Below, in pieces: positions 1-15,000 of a DNA stretch of 64,000 nt (position 1 is the stretch's first letter; each line of letters starts with the position of its first letter). The notes beneath the pieces are model-generated. The model saw only the letters and a program-made list of their open reading frames with translations. It did no database searches and was not told the origin of the DNA. Both the position numbers and the translations under genes were made by a program. Source of the DNA: Eledone cirrhosa (taxonomy: Eukaryota); assembly GCA_964016885.1 (NCBI GenBank), contig OZ024743.1, forward strand, positions 277,078,001-277,142,000. Direction: 5' to 3'.

Positions 1-3000
1 TGTCTGATACTGGGGAAAATTAAGATTACTGGTGTCTGATACTGGATAAAATTAAGATTACTGGTGTCTGATACTGCGGAAAATTAAGATTACTGGTGTC
101 TGATACTGGGGAAAATTAAGATTACTGGTGTCTGATGCTGGGGAAATCAAAGATTACTGGTGTCTGATACTGGATAAAATTATGATTACCGGTGTCTGAT
201 ACTGTGGAAAATTAAGATTACTGGTGTCTGATACTGTGGAAAATTAAGATTACTGGTGTCTGATACTGGGGAAAATTAAGATTACTGGTGTCTGATACTG
301 GATAAAATTAAGATTACTGGTGTCTGATACTGGATAAAATTATGATTACTGGTATGTGATACTGGGGAAAATTAAGATTACTGGTGTCTGATACAGGATA
401 AAATTAAGATTACTGGTGTTTGATACTGGGGAAAATTAAGATTACTGGTGTCTGATACTGGATAAAATTAAGATTACTGGTGTCTGATACTGGATAAAAT
501 TATGATTACTGGTGTGTGATACTTGGGAAAATTAAGATTACTGGTGTCTGATACTGGGGAAAATTCAGATTACTGGTGTATGATACTGGGGAAAATTAAG
601 ATTACTGGTGTCTGATACTGGGGAAAATTCAGATTACTGGTGTATGATACTGGATAAAATTAAGATTACTGGTGTCTGATACTGGATAAAATTATGATTA
701 CTGGTGTGTGATACTGGGGAAAATTAAGATTACTGGTGTCTGATACTGGGGAAAATTAAGATTACTGGTGTCTGATACTGGGGAAAATTAAGATTACTGG
801 TGTCTGATACTGGGGAAAATTCAGATTACTGGTGTATGATACTGGATAAAATTAAGATTACTGGTGTCTGATACTGGATAAAATTATGATTACTGGTGTG
901 TGATACTGGGGAAAATTAAGATTACTGGTGTATGATACTGGATAAAATTAAGATTACTGGTGTCTGATACTGGATAAAATTATGATTACTGGTGTGTGAT
1001 ACTTGGGAAAATTAAGATTACTGGTGTCTGATACTGGATAAAATTAAGATTACTGGTGTCTGATACTGGGGAAAATTAAGATTACTGGTGTCTGATACTG
1101 GGGAAAATTAAGATTACTGGTGTCTGATACTGGATAAAATTATGATTACTGGTGTGTGATACTGGGGAAAATTCAGATTACTGGTGTCTGATACTGGATA
1201 AAATTAAGATAACTGGTGTCTGATACTGGGGAAAATTAAGATTACTGGTGTCTGATACTGGGGAAAATTAAGATTACTGGTGTCTGATACTGGATAAAAT
1301 TATGATTACTGGTGTGTGATACTGGGGAAAATTCAGATTACTGGTGTCTGATACTGGATAAAATTAAGATTACTGGTGTCTGATACTGGATAAAATTATG
1401 ATTACTGGTGTGTGATACTGGGGAAAATTAAGATTACTGGTGTATGATACTGGATAAAATTAAGATTACTGGTGTCTGATACTGGATAAAATTATGATTA
1501 CTGGTGTGTGATACTGGGGAAAATTAAGATTACTGGTGTCTGATACTGGATAAAATTAAGATTACTGGTGTGTGATACTGGGGAAAATTAAGATTAGTGG
1601 TGTCTGATACTGGATAAAATTAACATTACTGGTGTGTGATACTGGATAAAATTAAGATTACTGGTGTGTGATACTGGGGAAAATTAAGATTACTGGTGTC
1701 TGATACTGGATAAAATTAAGATTACTGGTGTCTGATACTGGACAAAATTAAGATTACTGCTGTCTAAAACTGGGGAAAATTAAGATTACTGGTGTCTAAT
1801 ACTGGTTAAAATGTAGATTACTGGTGTCTGATACTGCGGAAAATTAAGATTACTGGTGTCTGATACTGGGGAAAATTAAGATTACTGGTGTCTGATTCTG
1901 GATAAAATTAAGATTACTGGTGTCTAATACTGGGGAAAACTAAGATTAATGGTGTCTGATACTGGATAAAATTAAGATTACTGGTGTCTGATACTGGATA
2001 AAATTAAGATAACTGGTGTCTGATACTGGGGAAAATTATGATTACTGGTGTCTGATACTGGGGAAAATTAAGATTGCTGCTGTCTGAAACTGGGGAAAAT
2101 TAAGATTACTGGTGTCTGATACTGGATAAAATTAATATTACTGGTGTCTGATACTGGATAAAATTAAGATTATTGGTGTGTGATACTGGATAAAATTAAG
2201 ATTACTGGTGTCTGATACTGGATAAAATTAAGATTACTGGTGTGTGATACTGGGGAAAATTAAGATTACTGGTGTCTGATACTGGATAAAATTAAGATTA
2301 CTGGTGTCTGATACTGGGGAAAATTAAGATTAGTGGTGTCTGATACTGGATAAAATTAAGATTACTGGTGTCTGATACTGGATAAAATTAAGATTACTGG
2401 TGTCTGATACTGGATAAAATTATGATTACTGGTGTGTGATAATGGGGAAAATTAAGATTACTGGTGTCTGATACTGGGGAAAACTAAGATCACTGGTGTC
2501 TGATACTGGATAAAATTAAGTTTACTGGTGTCTGATACTGGATAAAATTAAGATTACTGGTGTCTGATACTGGATAAAATTAAGATAACTGGTGTCTGAA
2601 ACTGGGGAAAATTATGATTACTGGTGTCTGATACTGGGGAAAATTAAGATTACTGGTGTCTGATACTGGATAAAATTAAGATTACTGGTGTCTGATACTG
2701 CGGAAAATTAAGATTACTGGTGTCTGATACTGGGGAAAATTAAGATTACTGGTGTCTGATGCTGGGGAAATCAAAGATTACTGGTGTCTGATACTGGATA
2801 AAATTATGATTACCGGTGTCTGATACTGTGGAAAATTAAGATTACTGGTGTCTGATACTGGGGAAAATTAAGATTACTGGTGTCTGATGGTGGGGAAAAT
2901 TAAGATTACTGGTGTCTGATACTGGATAAAATTAAGATTACTGGTGTCTGATACTGGATAAAATTAAGATTACTGGTGTCTGATACTGGGGAAAATTAAG

Positions 3001-6000
3001 ATTAGTGGTGTCTGATACTGGATAAAATTAAGATTACTGGTGTCTGATACTGGATAAAATTAAGATTACTGGTGTCTGATACTGGATAAAATTAAGATTA
3101 CTGGTGTCTGATACTGGACAAAATTAAGATTACTGCTGTCTGAAACTGGGGAAAATTAAGATTACTGGTGTCTGATACTGGTTAAAATTTAGATTACTGG
3201 TGTCTGATACTGCGGAAAATTAAGATTACTGGTGTCTGATACTGGGGAAAATTAAGATTACTGGTGTCTGATGCTGGGGAAATCAAAGATTACTGGTGTC
3301 TGATACTGGATAAAATTATGATTACCGGTGTCTGATACTGTGGAAAATTAAGATTACTGGTGTCTGATACTGTGGAAAATTAAGATTACTGGTGTCTGAT
3401 ACTGGGGAAAATTAAGATTACTGGTGTCTGATACTGGATAAAATTAAGATTACTGGTGTCTGATACTGGATAAAATTATGATTACTGGTATGTGATACTG
3501 GGGAAAATTAAGATTACTGGTGTCTGATACAGGATAAAATTAAGATTACTGGTGTTTGATACTGGGGAAAATTAAGATTACTGGTGTCTGATACTGGATA
3601 AAATTAAGATTACTGGTGTCTGATACTGGATAAAATTATGATTACTGGTGTGTGATACTTGGGAAAATTAAGATTACTGGTGTCTGATACTGGGGAAAAT
3701 TCAGATTACTGGTGTATGATACTGGGGAAAATTAAGATTACTGGTGTCTGATACTGGGGAAAATTCAGATTACTGGTGTATGATACTGGATAAAATTAAG
3801 ATTACTGGTGTCTGATACTGGATAAAATTATGATTACTGGTGTGTGATACTGGGGAAAATTAAGATTACTGGTGTCTGATACTGGGGAAAATTAAGATTA
3901 CTGGTGTCTGATACTGGGGAAAATTAAGATTACTGGTGTCTGATACTGGGGAAAATTCAGATTACTGGTGTATGATACTGGATAAAATTAAGATTACTGG
4001 TGTCTGATACTGGATAAAATTATGATTACTGGTGTGTGATACTGGGGAAAATTAAGATTACTGGTGTATGATACTGGATAAAATTAAGATTACTGGTGTC
4101 TGATACTGGATAAAATTATGATTACTGGTGTGTGATACTTGGGAAAATTAAGATTACTGGTGTCTGATACTGGATAAAATTAAGATTACTGGTGTCTGAT
4201 ACTGGGGAAAATTAAGATTACTGGTGTCTGATACTGGGGAAAATTAAGATTACTGGTGTCTGATACTGGATAAAATTATGATTACTGGTGTGTGATACTG
4301 GGGAAAATTCAGATTACTGGTGTCTGATACTGGATAAAATTAAGATTACTGGTGTCTGATACTGGGGAAAATTAAGATTACTGGTGTCTGATACTGGGGA
4401 AAATTAAGATTACTGGTGTCTGATACTGGATAAAATTATGATTACTGGTGTGTGATACTGGGGAAAATTCAGATTACTGGTGTCTGATACTGGATAAAAT
4501 TAAGATTACTGGTGTCTGATACTGGATAAAATTATGATTACTGGTGTGTGATACTGGGGAAAATTAAGATTACTGGTGTATGATACTGGATAAAATTAAG
4601 ATTACTGGTGTCTGATACTGGATAAAATTATGATTACTGGTGTGTGATACTGGGGAAAATTAAGATTACTGGTGTCTGATACTGGATAAAATTAAGATTA
4701 CTGGTGTGTGATACTGGGGAAAATTAAGATTAGTGGTGTCTGATACTGGATAAAATTAACATTACTGGTGTGTGATACTGGATAAAATTAAGATTACTGG
4801 TGTGTGATACTGGGGAAAATTAAGATTACTGGTGTCTGATACTGGATAAAATTAAGATTACTGGTGTCTGATACTGGACAAAATTAAGATTACTGCTGTC
4901 TAAAACTGGGGAAAATTAAGATTACTGGTGTCTAATACTGGTTAAAATGTAGATTACTGGTGTCTGATACTGCGGAAAATTAAGATTACTGGTGTCTGAT
5001 ACTGGGGAAAATTAAGATTACTGGTGTCTGATTCTGGATAAAATTAAGATTACTGGTGTCTAATACTGGGGAAAACTAAGATTAATGGTGTCTGATACTG
5101 GATAAAATTAAGATTACTGGTGTCTGATACTGGATAAAATTAAGATAACTGGTGTCTGATACTGGGGAAAATTATGATTACTGGTGTCTGATACTGGGGA
5201 AAATTAAGATTGCTGCTGTCTGAAACTGGGGAAAATTAAGATTACTGGTGTCTGATACTGGATAAAATTAATATTACTGGTGTCTGATACTGGATAAAAT
5301 TAAGATTATTGGTGTGTGATACTGGATAAAATTAAGATTACTGGTGTCTGATACTGGATAAAATTAAGATTACTGGTGTGTGATACTGGGGAAAATTAAG
5401 ATTACTGGTGTCTGATACTGGATAAAATTAAGATTACTGGTGTCTGATACTGGGGAAAATTAAGATTACTGGTGTCTGATACTGGATAAAATTAAGATTA
5501 CTGGTGTCTGATACTGGATAAAATTAACATTACTGGTGTCTGATACTGGATAAAATTATGATTACTGGTGCGTGATACTGGGGAAAATTAAGATTACTGG
5601 TGTCTGATACTGGGGAAAACTAAGATCACTGGTGTCTGATACTGGATAAAATTAAGTTTACTGGTGTCTGATACTGGATAAAATTAAGATTACTGGTGTC
5701 TGATACTGGATAAAATTAAGATAACTGGTGTCTGAAACTGGGGAAAATTATGATTACTGGTGTCTGATACTGGGGAAAATTAAGATTACTGGTGTCTGAT
5801 ACTGGATAAAATTAAGATTACTGGTGTCTGATACTGCGGAAAATTAAGATTACTGGTGTCTGATACTGGGGAAAATTAAGATTACTGGTGTCTGATGCTG
5901 GGGAAATCAAAGATTACTGGTGTCTGATACTGGATAAAATTATGATTACCGGTGTCTGATACTGTGGAAAATTAAGATTACTGGTGTCTGATACTGGGGA

Positions 6001-9000
6001 AAATTAAGATTACTGGTGTCTGATGGTGGGGAAATCAAAGATTACTGGTGTCTGATACTGGATAAAATTATGATTACTGGTGTCTGATACTGTGGAAAAT
6101 TAAGATTACTGGCGTCTGATACTGTGGAAAATTAAGATTACTGGTGTCTGATACTGGGGAAAATTAAGATTACTGGTGTCTGATACTGGATAAAATTAAG
6201 ATTACTGGTGTCTGATACTGGATAAAATTAAGATTACTGGTGTGTGATACTGGGGAAAATTAAGATTAGTGGTGTCTGATACTGGATAAAATTAAGATTA
6301 CTGGTGTCTGATACTGGATAAAATTAAGATTACTGGTGTCTGATACTGGATAAAATTATGATTACTGGTGTGTGATAATGGGGAAAATTAAGATTACTGG
6401 TGTCTGATACTGGGGAAAACTAAGATCACTGGTGTCTGATACTGGATAAAATTAAGTTTACTGGTGTCTGATACTGGATAAAATTAAGATTACTGGTGTC
6501 TGATACTGGATAAAATTAAGATAACTGGTGTCTGAAACTGGGGAAAATTATGATTACTGGTGTCTGATACTGGGGAAAATTAAGATTACTGGTGTCTGAT
6601 ACTGGATAAAATTAAGATTACTGGTGTCTGATACTGCGGAAAATTAAGATTACTGGTGTCTGATACTGGGGAAAATTAAGATTACTGGTGTCTGATGCTG
6701 GGGAAATCAAAGATTACTGGTGTCTGATACTGGATAAAATTATGATTACCGGTGTCTGATACTGTGGAAAATTAAGATTACTGGTGTCTGATACTGGGGA
6801 AAATTAAGATTACTGGTGTCTGATGGTGGGGAAATCAAAGATTACTGGTGTCTGATACTGGATAAAATTATGATTACTGGTGTCTGATACTGTGGAAAAT
6901 TAAGATTACTGGCGTCTGATACTGTGGAAAATTAAGATTACTGGTGTCTGATACTGGGGAAAATTAAGATTACTGGTGTCTGATACTGGATAAAATTAAG
7001 ATTACTGGTGTCTGATACTGGATAAAATTAAGATTACTGGTGTGTGATACTGGGGAAAATTAAGATTAGTGGTGTCTGATACTGGATAAAATTAAGATTA
7101 CTGGTGTCTGATACTGGATAAAATTAAGATTACTGGTGTCTGATACTGGATAAAATTAAGATTACTGGTGTCTGATACTGGACAAAATTAAGATTACTGC
7201 TGTCTGAAACTGGGGAAAATTAAGATTACTGGTGTCTGATACTGGTTAAAATTTAGATTACTGGTGTCTGATACTGCGGAAAATTAAGATTACTGGTGTC
7301 TGATACTGTGGAAAATTAAGATTACTGGTGTCTAATACTGGGGAAAACTAAGATTACTGGTGTCTGATACTGGATAAAATTAAGATTACTGGTGTCTGAT
7401 TCTGGATAAAATTAAGATTACTGGTGTCTAATACTGGGGAAAACTAAGATTACTGGTGTCTGATACTGGATAAAATTAAGATAACTGGTGTCTGATTCTG
7501 GATAAAATTAAGATTACTGGTGTCTAATACTGGGGAAAACTAAGATTACTGGTGTCTGATACTGGATAAAATTAAGATTACTGGTGTCTGATTCTGGATA
7601 AAATTAAGATTACTGGTGTCTGATACTGGATAAAATTAAGATTACTGGTGTCTGATACTGGATAAAATTAAGATAACTGGTGTCTGATACTGGGGAAAAT
7701 TATGATTACTGGTGTCTGATACTGGGGAAAATTAAGATTACTGCTGTCTGAAACTGGGGAAAATTAAGATTACTGGTGTCTGATACTGTTTAAAATTTAG
7801 ATTACTGGTTTCTGATACTGCGGAAAATTAATATTACTGGTGTCTGATACTGCGGAAAATTAATATTACTGGTGTCTGATACTGGGGAAAATTAAGATTA
7901 CTGGTGTCTGATACTGGATAAAATTAAGATTACTGGTGTCTAATACTGGGGAAAACTAAGATTACTGGTGTCTGAAACTGGATAAAATTAAGATTACTGG
8001 TGTCTAATACTGGGGAAAACTAAGATTACTGGTGTCTGAAACTGGATAAAATTATGATTACTGGTGTCTGATACTGCGGAAAATTAAGATTACTGGTGTC
8101 TGATACTGGGGAAAATTAAGATTACTGGTGTCTGATGCTGGGGAAATCAAAGATTACTGGTGTCTGATACTGGATAAAATTATGATTACTGGTGTCTGAT
8201 ACTGTGGAAAATTAAGATTACTGGTGTCTGATACTGGATAAAATTATGATTACCGGTGTCTGATACTGTGGAAAATTAAGATTACTGGTGTCTGATACTG
8301 GGGAAAATTAAGATTACTGGTGTCTGATGCTGGGGAAATCAAAGATTACTGGTGTCTGATACTGGATAAAATTATGATTACGGGTATCTGATACTGTGGA
8401 AAATTAAGATTACTGGTGTCTGATACTGGATACAATTAAGATTACTGGTGTCTGATACTGTGGAAAATTAAGATTACTGGTGTCTGATACTGGGGAAAAT
8501 TAAGATTACTGGTGTCTGATACTGGATAAAATTAACATTACTGGTGTCTGATACTGGGGAAAATTACCATTACTGGTGTCTGATACTGGATAAAACAAAC
8601 ATTACTGGTGTCTGATACTGCATAAAATTAAGATTACTGGTGTCTGATACTGGATAAAATTAACATTACTGGTGTCTGATACTGAATATAATTAAGATTA
8701 CTGGTGTCTGATACTGGATAAAATTAAGATTACTGGTGTGTGATACTGGATAAAATTAACATTACTGGTGTCTGATACTGGATAAAATTATGATTACTGG
8801 TGTCTGATACTGGTTAAAATTTAGATTACTGGTGTCTGATACTGCGGAAAATTAAGATTACTGGTGTCTGATACTGGGGAAAATTAAGATTACTGGTGTC
8901 TAATACTGGGGAAAACTAAGATCACTGGTGTCTGATACTGGATAAAATTAAGTTTACTGGTGTCTGATACTGTGGAAAATTAAGATTACTGGTGTCTGAT

Positions 9001-12000
9001 ACTGTGGAAAATTAAGATTACTGGTGTCTGATACTGGATAAAATTAAGATTACTGGTGTTTGATACTGGATAAAATTATGATTACTGGTGTCTGATAGTG
9101 GGGAAAATTAAGATTACTAGTGTCTGATGATGGGGAAATCAAAGATTACTGGTGTCTGATACTGGATAAAATTAAGATTACTGGTGTGTGATACTGGATA
9201 AAATTAAGATTACTGGTGTGTGATACTGGATAAAATTAAGATTACTGGTGTGTGATACTGGTTAACATTTAGATTACCGGTGTCTGAGACTGGGGAAACC
9301 AAAGATTACTGGTGTCTGATCCTGAATAAAATTAAGATTACTGGTGTGTGATACTGGGGAAAATTAAGATTACTGGTGTCTGATACTGGATAAAATTAAG
9401 ATTACTGGTGTCTGATACTGGACAAAATTAAGATTACTGGTGTCTGAAACTGAGGAAAATTAAGATTACTGGTGTCTGAGACAGGTTAAAATTTAGATTA
9501 CTGGTGTCTGATACTGGAGAAATCAAAGATTACTGGTGTCTGATACTGCATAAAATTAAGATTACTGGTGTCTGATACTGGATAAAATTAAGATTACTGG
9601 TGTCTGATACTGGATAAAATTAATATTACTGGTGTCTGATACTGGATAAAATTAAGATTATTGGTGTGTGATACTAGGGAAAATTAAGATTACTGGTGTC
9701 TGATACTGGGGAAAATTAACATTACTGGTGTCTGATACTGGATAAAATTAACATTACTGGTGTCTGATACTGGATAAAACTAATATTACTGGTGTCTGAT
9801 ACTGGATAAAATTATGATTACTGGTGTGTGATACTGGATAAAATTAACATTACTGGTGTCTGATACTGGATAAAATTAACATTACTGGTGTCTGATACTG
9901 GATAAAATTATGATTACTAGTGTGTGATACTGGGGAAAATTAAGATTACTGGTGTCTGATACTGGTTAAAATTTAGATTACTGGTGTCTGATACTGCGGA
10001 AAATTAAGATTACTGGTGTCTGATACTGGGGAAAATTAAGATTACTGGTGTCTAATACTGGGGAAAACTAAGATCACTTTTGTTTGATACTGGATAAAAT
10101 TAAGATTACTGGTGTCTGATACTGGGGAAAATTAAGATTACTGGTGTCTGATACTGGATAAAATTAAGATTACTGGTGTCTGATACTGGATAAAATTAAT
10201 ATTACTGGTGTCTGATACTGGATAAAATTAAGATTATTGGTGTGTGATACTAGGGAAAATTAAGATTACTAGTGTCTGATACTGGGGAAAACTAAGATTA
10301 CTGGTGTCTGATACTGGATAAAATTAACATTACTGGTGTCTGATACTGGATAAAACTAACATTACTGGTGTCTGATACTGGATAAAACTAACATTACTGG
10401 TGTCTGATACTGGGGAAAATTACCATTACTGGTGTCTGATAGTGAATAAAACAAACATTACTGGTGTCTGATACTGCATAAAATTAAGATTACTGGTGTC
10501 TGATACTGGATAAAATTAACATTACTGGTGTCTGATACTGAATATAATTAAGATTACTGGTGTCTGTTACTGGATAAAATTAAGATTACTGGTGTGTGAT
10601 ACTGGGGAAAATTAAGATTACTGGTGTGTGATACTGGGGAAAATTAAGATTACTGGTGTCTGATACTGGATAAAATTAACATTACTGGTGTCTGATACTG
10701 GATAAAATTATGATTACTGGTGTGTGATACTGGGGAAAATTAAGATTACTGGTGTCTGATACTGGTTAAAATTTAGATTACTGGTGTCTGATACTGCGGA
10801 AAATTAAGATTACTGGTGTCTGATACTGGGGAAAATTAAGATTACTGGTGTCTAATACTGGGGAAAACTAAGATCACTGGTGTCTGATACTGGATAAAAT
10901 TAAGATTACTGGTGTCTGATACTGGATAAAATTAAGATAACTGGTGTCTGATACTGGGGTAAATTATGATTACTGGTGTCTGATACTGGGGAAAATTAAG
11001 ATTACTGGTGTCTGATACTGGATAAAATTAAGATTACTGGTGTCTGATAGTGGACAAAATTAAGATTACTGCTGTCTAAAACTAGGGAAAATTAAGATTA
11101 CTGGTGTCTGATACTGGTTAAAATTTAGATTACTGGTGTCTGATACTTCGGAAAATTAAGATTACTGGTGTCTGATACTGGGGAAAATTAAGATTACTGG
11201 TGTCTGATTCTGGATATAATTAAGATTACTGGTGTCTAATACTGGGGAAAACTAAGATTAATGGTGTCTGATACTGGATAAAATTAAGATTACTGGTGTC
11301 TGATACTGGATAAAATTAAGATAACTTGTGTCTGATACTGGGGAAAATTATGATTACTGGTGTCTGATACTGGATAAAACAAACATTACTGGTGTCTGAT
11401 ACTGCATAAAATTAAGATTACTGGTGTCTGATACTGGATAAAATTAACATTACTGGTGTCTGATACTGGGGAAAATTACCATTACTGGTGTCTGATACTG
11501 GATAAAACAAACATTACTGGTGTCTGATACTGCATAAAATTAAGATTACTGGTGTCTGATACTGGATAAAATTAACATTACTGGTGTCTGATACTGAATA
11601 TAATTAAGATTACTGGTGTCTGATACTGGATAAAATTAAGATTACTGGTGTGTGATACTGGATAAAATTAACATTACTGGTGTCTGATACTGGATAAAAT
11701 TATGATTACTGGTGTCTGATACTGGTTAAAATTTAGATTACTGGTGTCTGATACTGCGGAAAATTAAGATTACTGGTGTCTGATACTGGGGAAAATTAAG
11801 ATTACTGGTGTCTAATACTGGGGAAAACTAAGATCACTGGTGTCTGATACTGGATAAAATTAAGTTTACTGGTGTCTGATACTGTGGAAAATTAAGATTA
11901 CTGGTGTCTGATACTGTGGAAAATTAAGATTACTGGTGTCTGATACTGGATAAAATTAAGATTACTGGTGTTTGATACTGGATAAAATTATGATTACTGG

Positions 12001-15000
12001 TGTCTGATAGTGGGGAAAATTAAGATTACTGGTGTCTGATGATGGGGAAATCAAAGATTACTGGTGTCTGATACTGGATAAAATTAAGATTACTGGTGTG
12101 TGATACTGGATAAAATTAAGATTACTGGTGTGTGATACTGGATAAAATTAAGATTACTGGTGTGTGATACTGGTTAACATTTAGATTACCGGTGTCTGAG
12201 ACTGGGGAAACCAAAGATTACTGGTGTCTGATCCTGAATAAAATTAAGATTACTGGTGTGTGATACTGGGGAAAATTAAGATTACTGGTGTCTGATACTG
12301 GATAAAATTAAGATTACTGGTGTCTGATACTGGACAAAATTAAGATTACTGGTGTCTGAAACTGAGGAAAATTAAGATTACTGGTGTCTGAGACAGGTTA
12401 AAATTTAGATTACTGGTGTCTGATACTGGAGAAATCAAAGATTACTGGTGTCTGATACTGCATAAAATTAAGATTACTGGTGTCTGATACTGGATAAAAT
12501 TAAGATTACTGGTGTCTGATACTGGATAAAATTAATATTACTGGTGTCTGATAGTGGATAAAATTAAGATTATTGGTGTGTGATACTAGGGAAAATTAAG
12601 ATTACTGGTGTCTGATACTGGGGAAAATTAACATTACTGGTGTCTGATACTGGATAAAATTAACATTACTGGTGTCTGATACTGGATAAAACTAATATTA
12701 CTGGTGTCTGATACTGGATAAAATTATGATTACTGGTGTGTGATACTGGATAAAATTAACATTACTGGTGTCTGATACTGGATAAAATTAACATTACTGG
12801 TGTCTGATACTGGATAAAATTATGATTACTAGTGTGTGATACTGGGGAAAATTAAGATTACTGGTGTCTGATACTGGTTAAAATTTAGATTACTGGTGTC
12901 TGATACTGCGGAAAATTAAGATTACTGGTGTCTAATACTGGGGAAAACTAAGATCACTTTTGTTTGATACTGGATAAAATTAAGATTACTGGTGTCTGAT
13001 ACTGGGGAAAATTAAGATTACTGGTGTCTGATACTGGATAAAATTAAGATTACTGGTGTCTGATACTGGATAAAATTAATATTACTGGTGTCTGATACTG
13101 GATAAAATTAAGATTATTGGTGTGTGATACTAGGGAAAATTAAGATTACTAGTGTCTGATACTGGGGAAAACTAAGATTACTGGTGTCTGATACTGGATA
13201 AAATTAACATTACTGGTGTCTGATACTGGATAAAACTAACATTACTGGTGTCTGATACTGGATAAAACTAACATTACTGGTGTCTGATACTGGGGAAAAT
13301 TACCATTACTGGTGTCTGATAGTGAATAAAACAAACATTACTGGTGTCTGATACTGCATAAAATTAAGATTACTGGTGTCTGATACTGGATAAAATTAAC
13401 ATTACTGGTGTCTGATACTGAATATAATTAAGATTACTGGTGTCTGTTACTGGATAAAATTAAGATTACTGGTGTGTGATACTGGGGAAAATTAAGATTA
13501 CTGGTGTGTGATACTGGGGAAAATTAAGATTACTGGTGTCTGATACTGGATAAAATTAACATTACTGGTGTCTGATACTGGATAAAATTATGATTACTGG
13601 TGTGTGATACTGGGGAAAATTAAGATTACTGGTGTCTGATACTGGTTAAAATTTAGATTACTGGTGTCTGATACTGCGGAAAATTAAGATTACTGGTGTC
13701 TGATACTGGGGAAAATTAAGATTACTGGTGTCTAATACTGGGGAAAACTAAGATCACTGGTGTCTGATACTGGATAAAATTAAGATTACTGGTGTCTGAT
13801 ACTGGATAAAATTAAGATAACTGGTGTCTGATACTGGGGTAAATTATGATTACTGGTGTCTGATACTGGGGAAAATTAAGATTACTGGTGTCTGATACTG
13901 GATAAAATTAAGATTACTGGTGTCTGATAGTGGACAAAATTAAGATTACTGCTGTCTAAAACTAGGGAAAATTAAGATTACTGGTGTCTGATACTGGTTA
14001 AAATTTAGATTACTGGTGTCTGATACTTCGGAAAATTAAGATTACTGGTGTCTGATACTGGGGAAAATTAAGATTACTGGTGTCTGATTCTGGATATAAT
14101 TAAGATTACTGGTGTCTAATACTGGGGAAAACTAAGATTAATGGTGTCTGATACTGGATAAAATTAAGATTACTGGTGTCTGATACTGGATAAAATTAAG
14201 ATAACTTGTGTCTGATACTGGGGAAAATTATGATTACTGGTGTCTGATACTGGATAAAATTAAGATTACTGGTGTCTGATACTGGATAAAATTAAGATTA
14301 CTGGTGTCTGATACTGGATAAAATTAAGATTACTGGTGTCTGATACTGGATAAAATTAAGATTACTGGTGTCTGATACTGGATAAAATTAAGATAACTTG
14401 TGTCTGATACTGGGGAAAATTATGATTACTGGTGTCTGATACTGGGGAAAATTAAGATTACTGCTGTCTGAAACTGGGGAAAATTAAGATTACTGGTGTC
14501 TGATACTGGATAAAATTAAGATTACTGGTGTCTGATACTGGATAAAATTAATATTACTGGTGTCTGATACTGGATAAAATTAAGATTATTGGTGTGTGAT
14601 ACTAGGAAAAATTAAGATTACTGGTGTCTGATACTGGGGAAAATTAAGATTACTGGTGTCTGATACTGGATAAAATTAACATTACTGGTGTCTGATACTG
14701 GGGAAAATTACCATTACTGGTGTCTGATACTGGATAAAACAAACATTACTGGTGTCTGATACTGCATAAAATTAAGATTACTGGTGTCTGATACTGGATA
14801 AAATTAACATTACTGGTGTCTGATACTGAATATAATTAAGATTACTGGTGTCTGATACTGGATAAAATTAAGATTACTGGTGTGTGATACTGGATAAAAT
14901 TAACATTACTGGTGTCTGATACTGGATAAAATTATGATTACTGGTGTGTGATACTGGGGAGAATTAAGATTACTGGTGTCTGATACTGGTTAAAATTTAG

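Noticed and set aside
9110-9155. Satellite monomer resembles a hammerhead core (CTGATAC/CTGATGA-TGGG-GAAA-stem-UH), notably the CTGATGA variants near 9124 and 12036
   Set aside because: The consensus core is CTGATAC, not CUGANGA. There is no stem II and at most 2 bp of stem I. Treated as coincidence.
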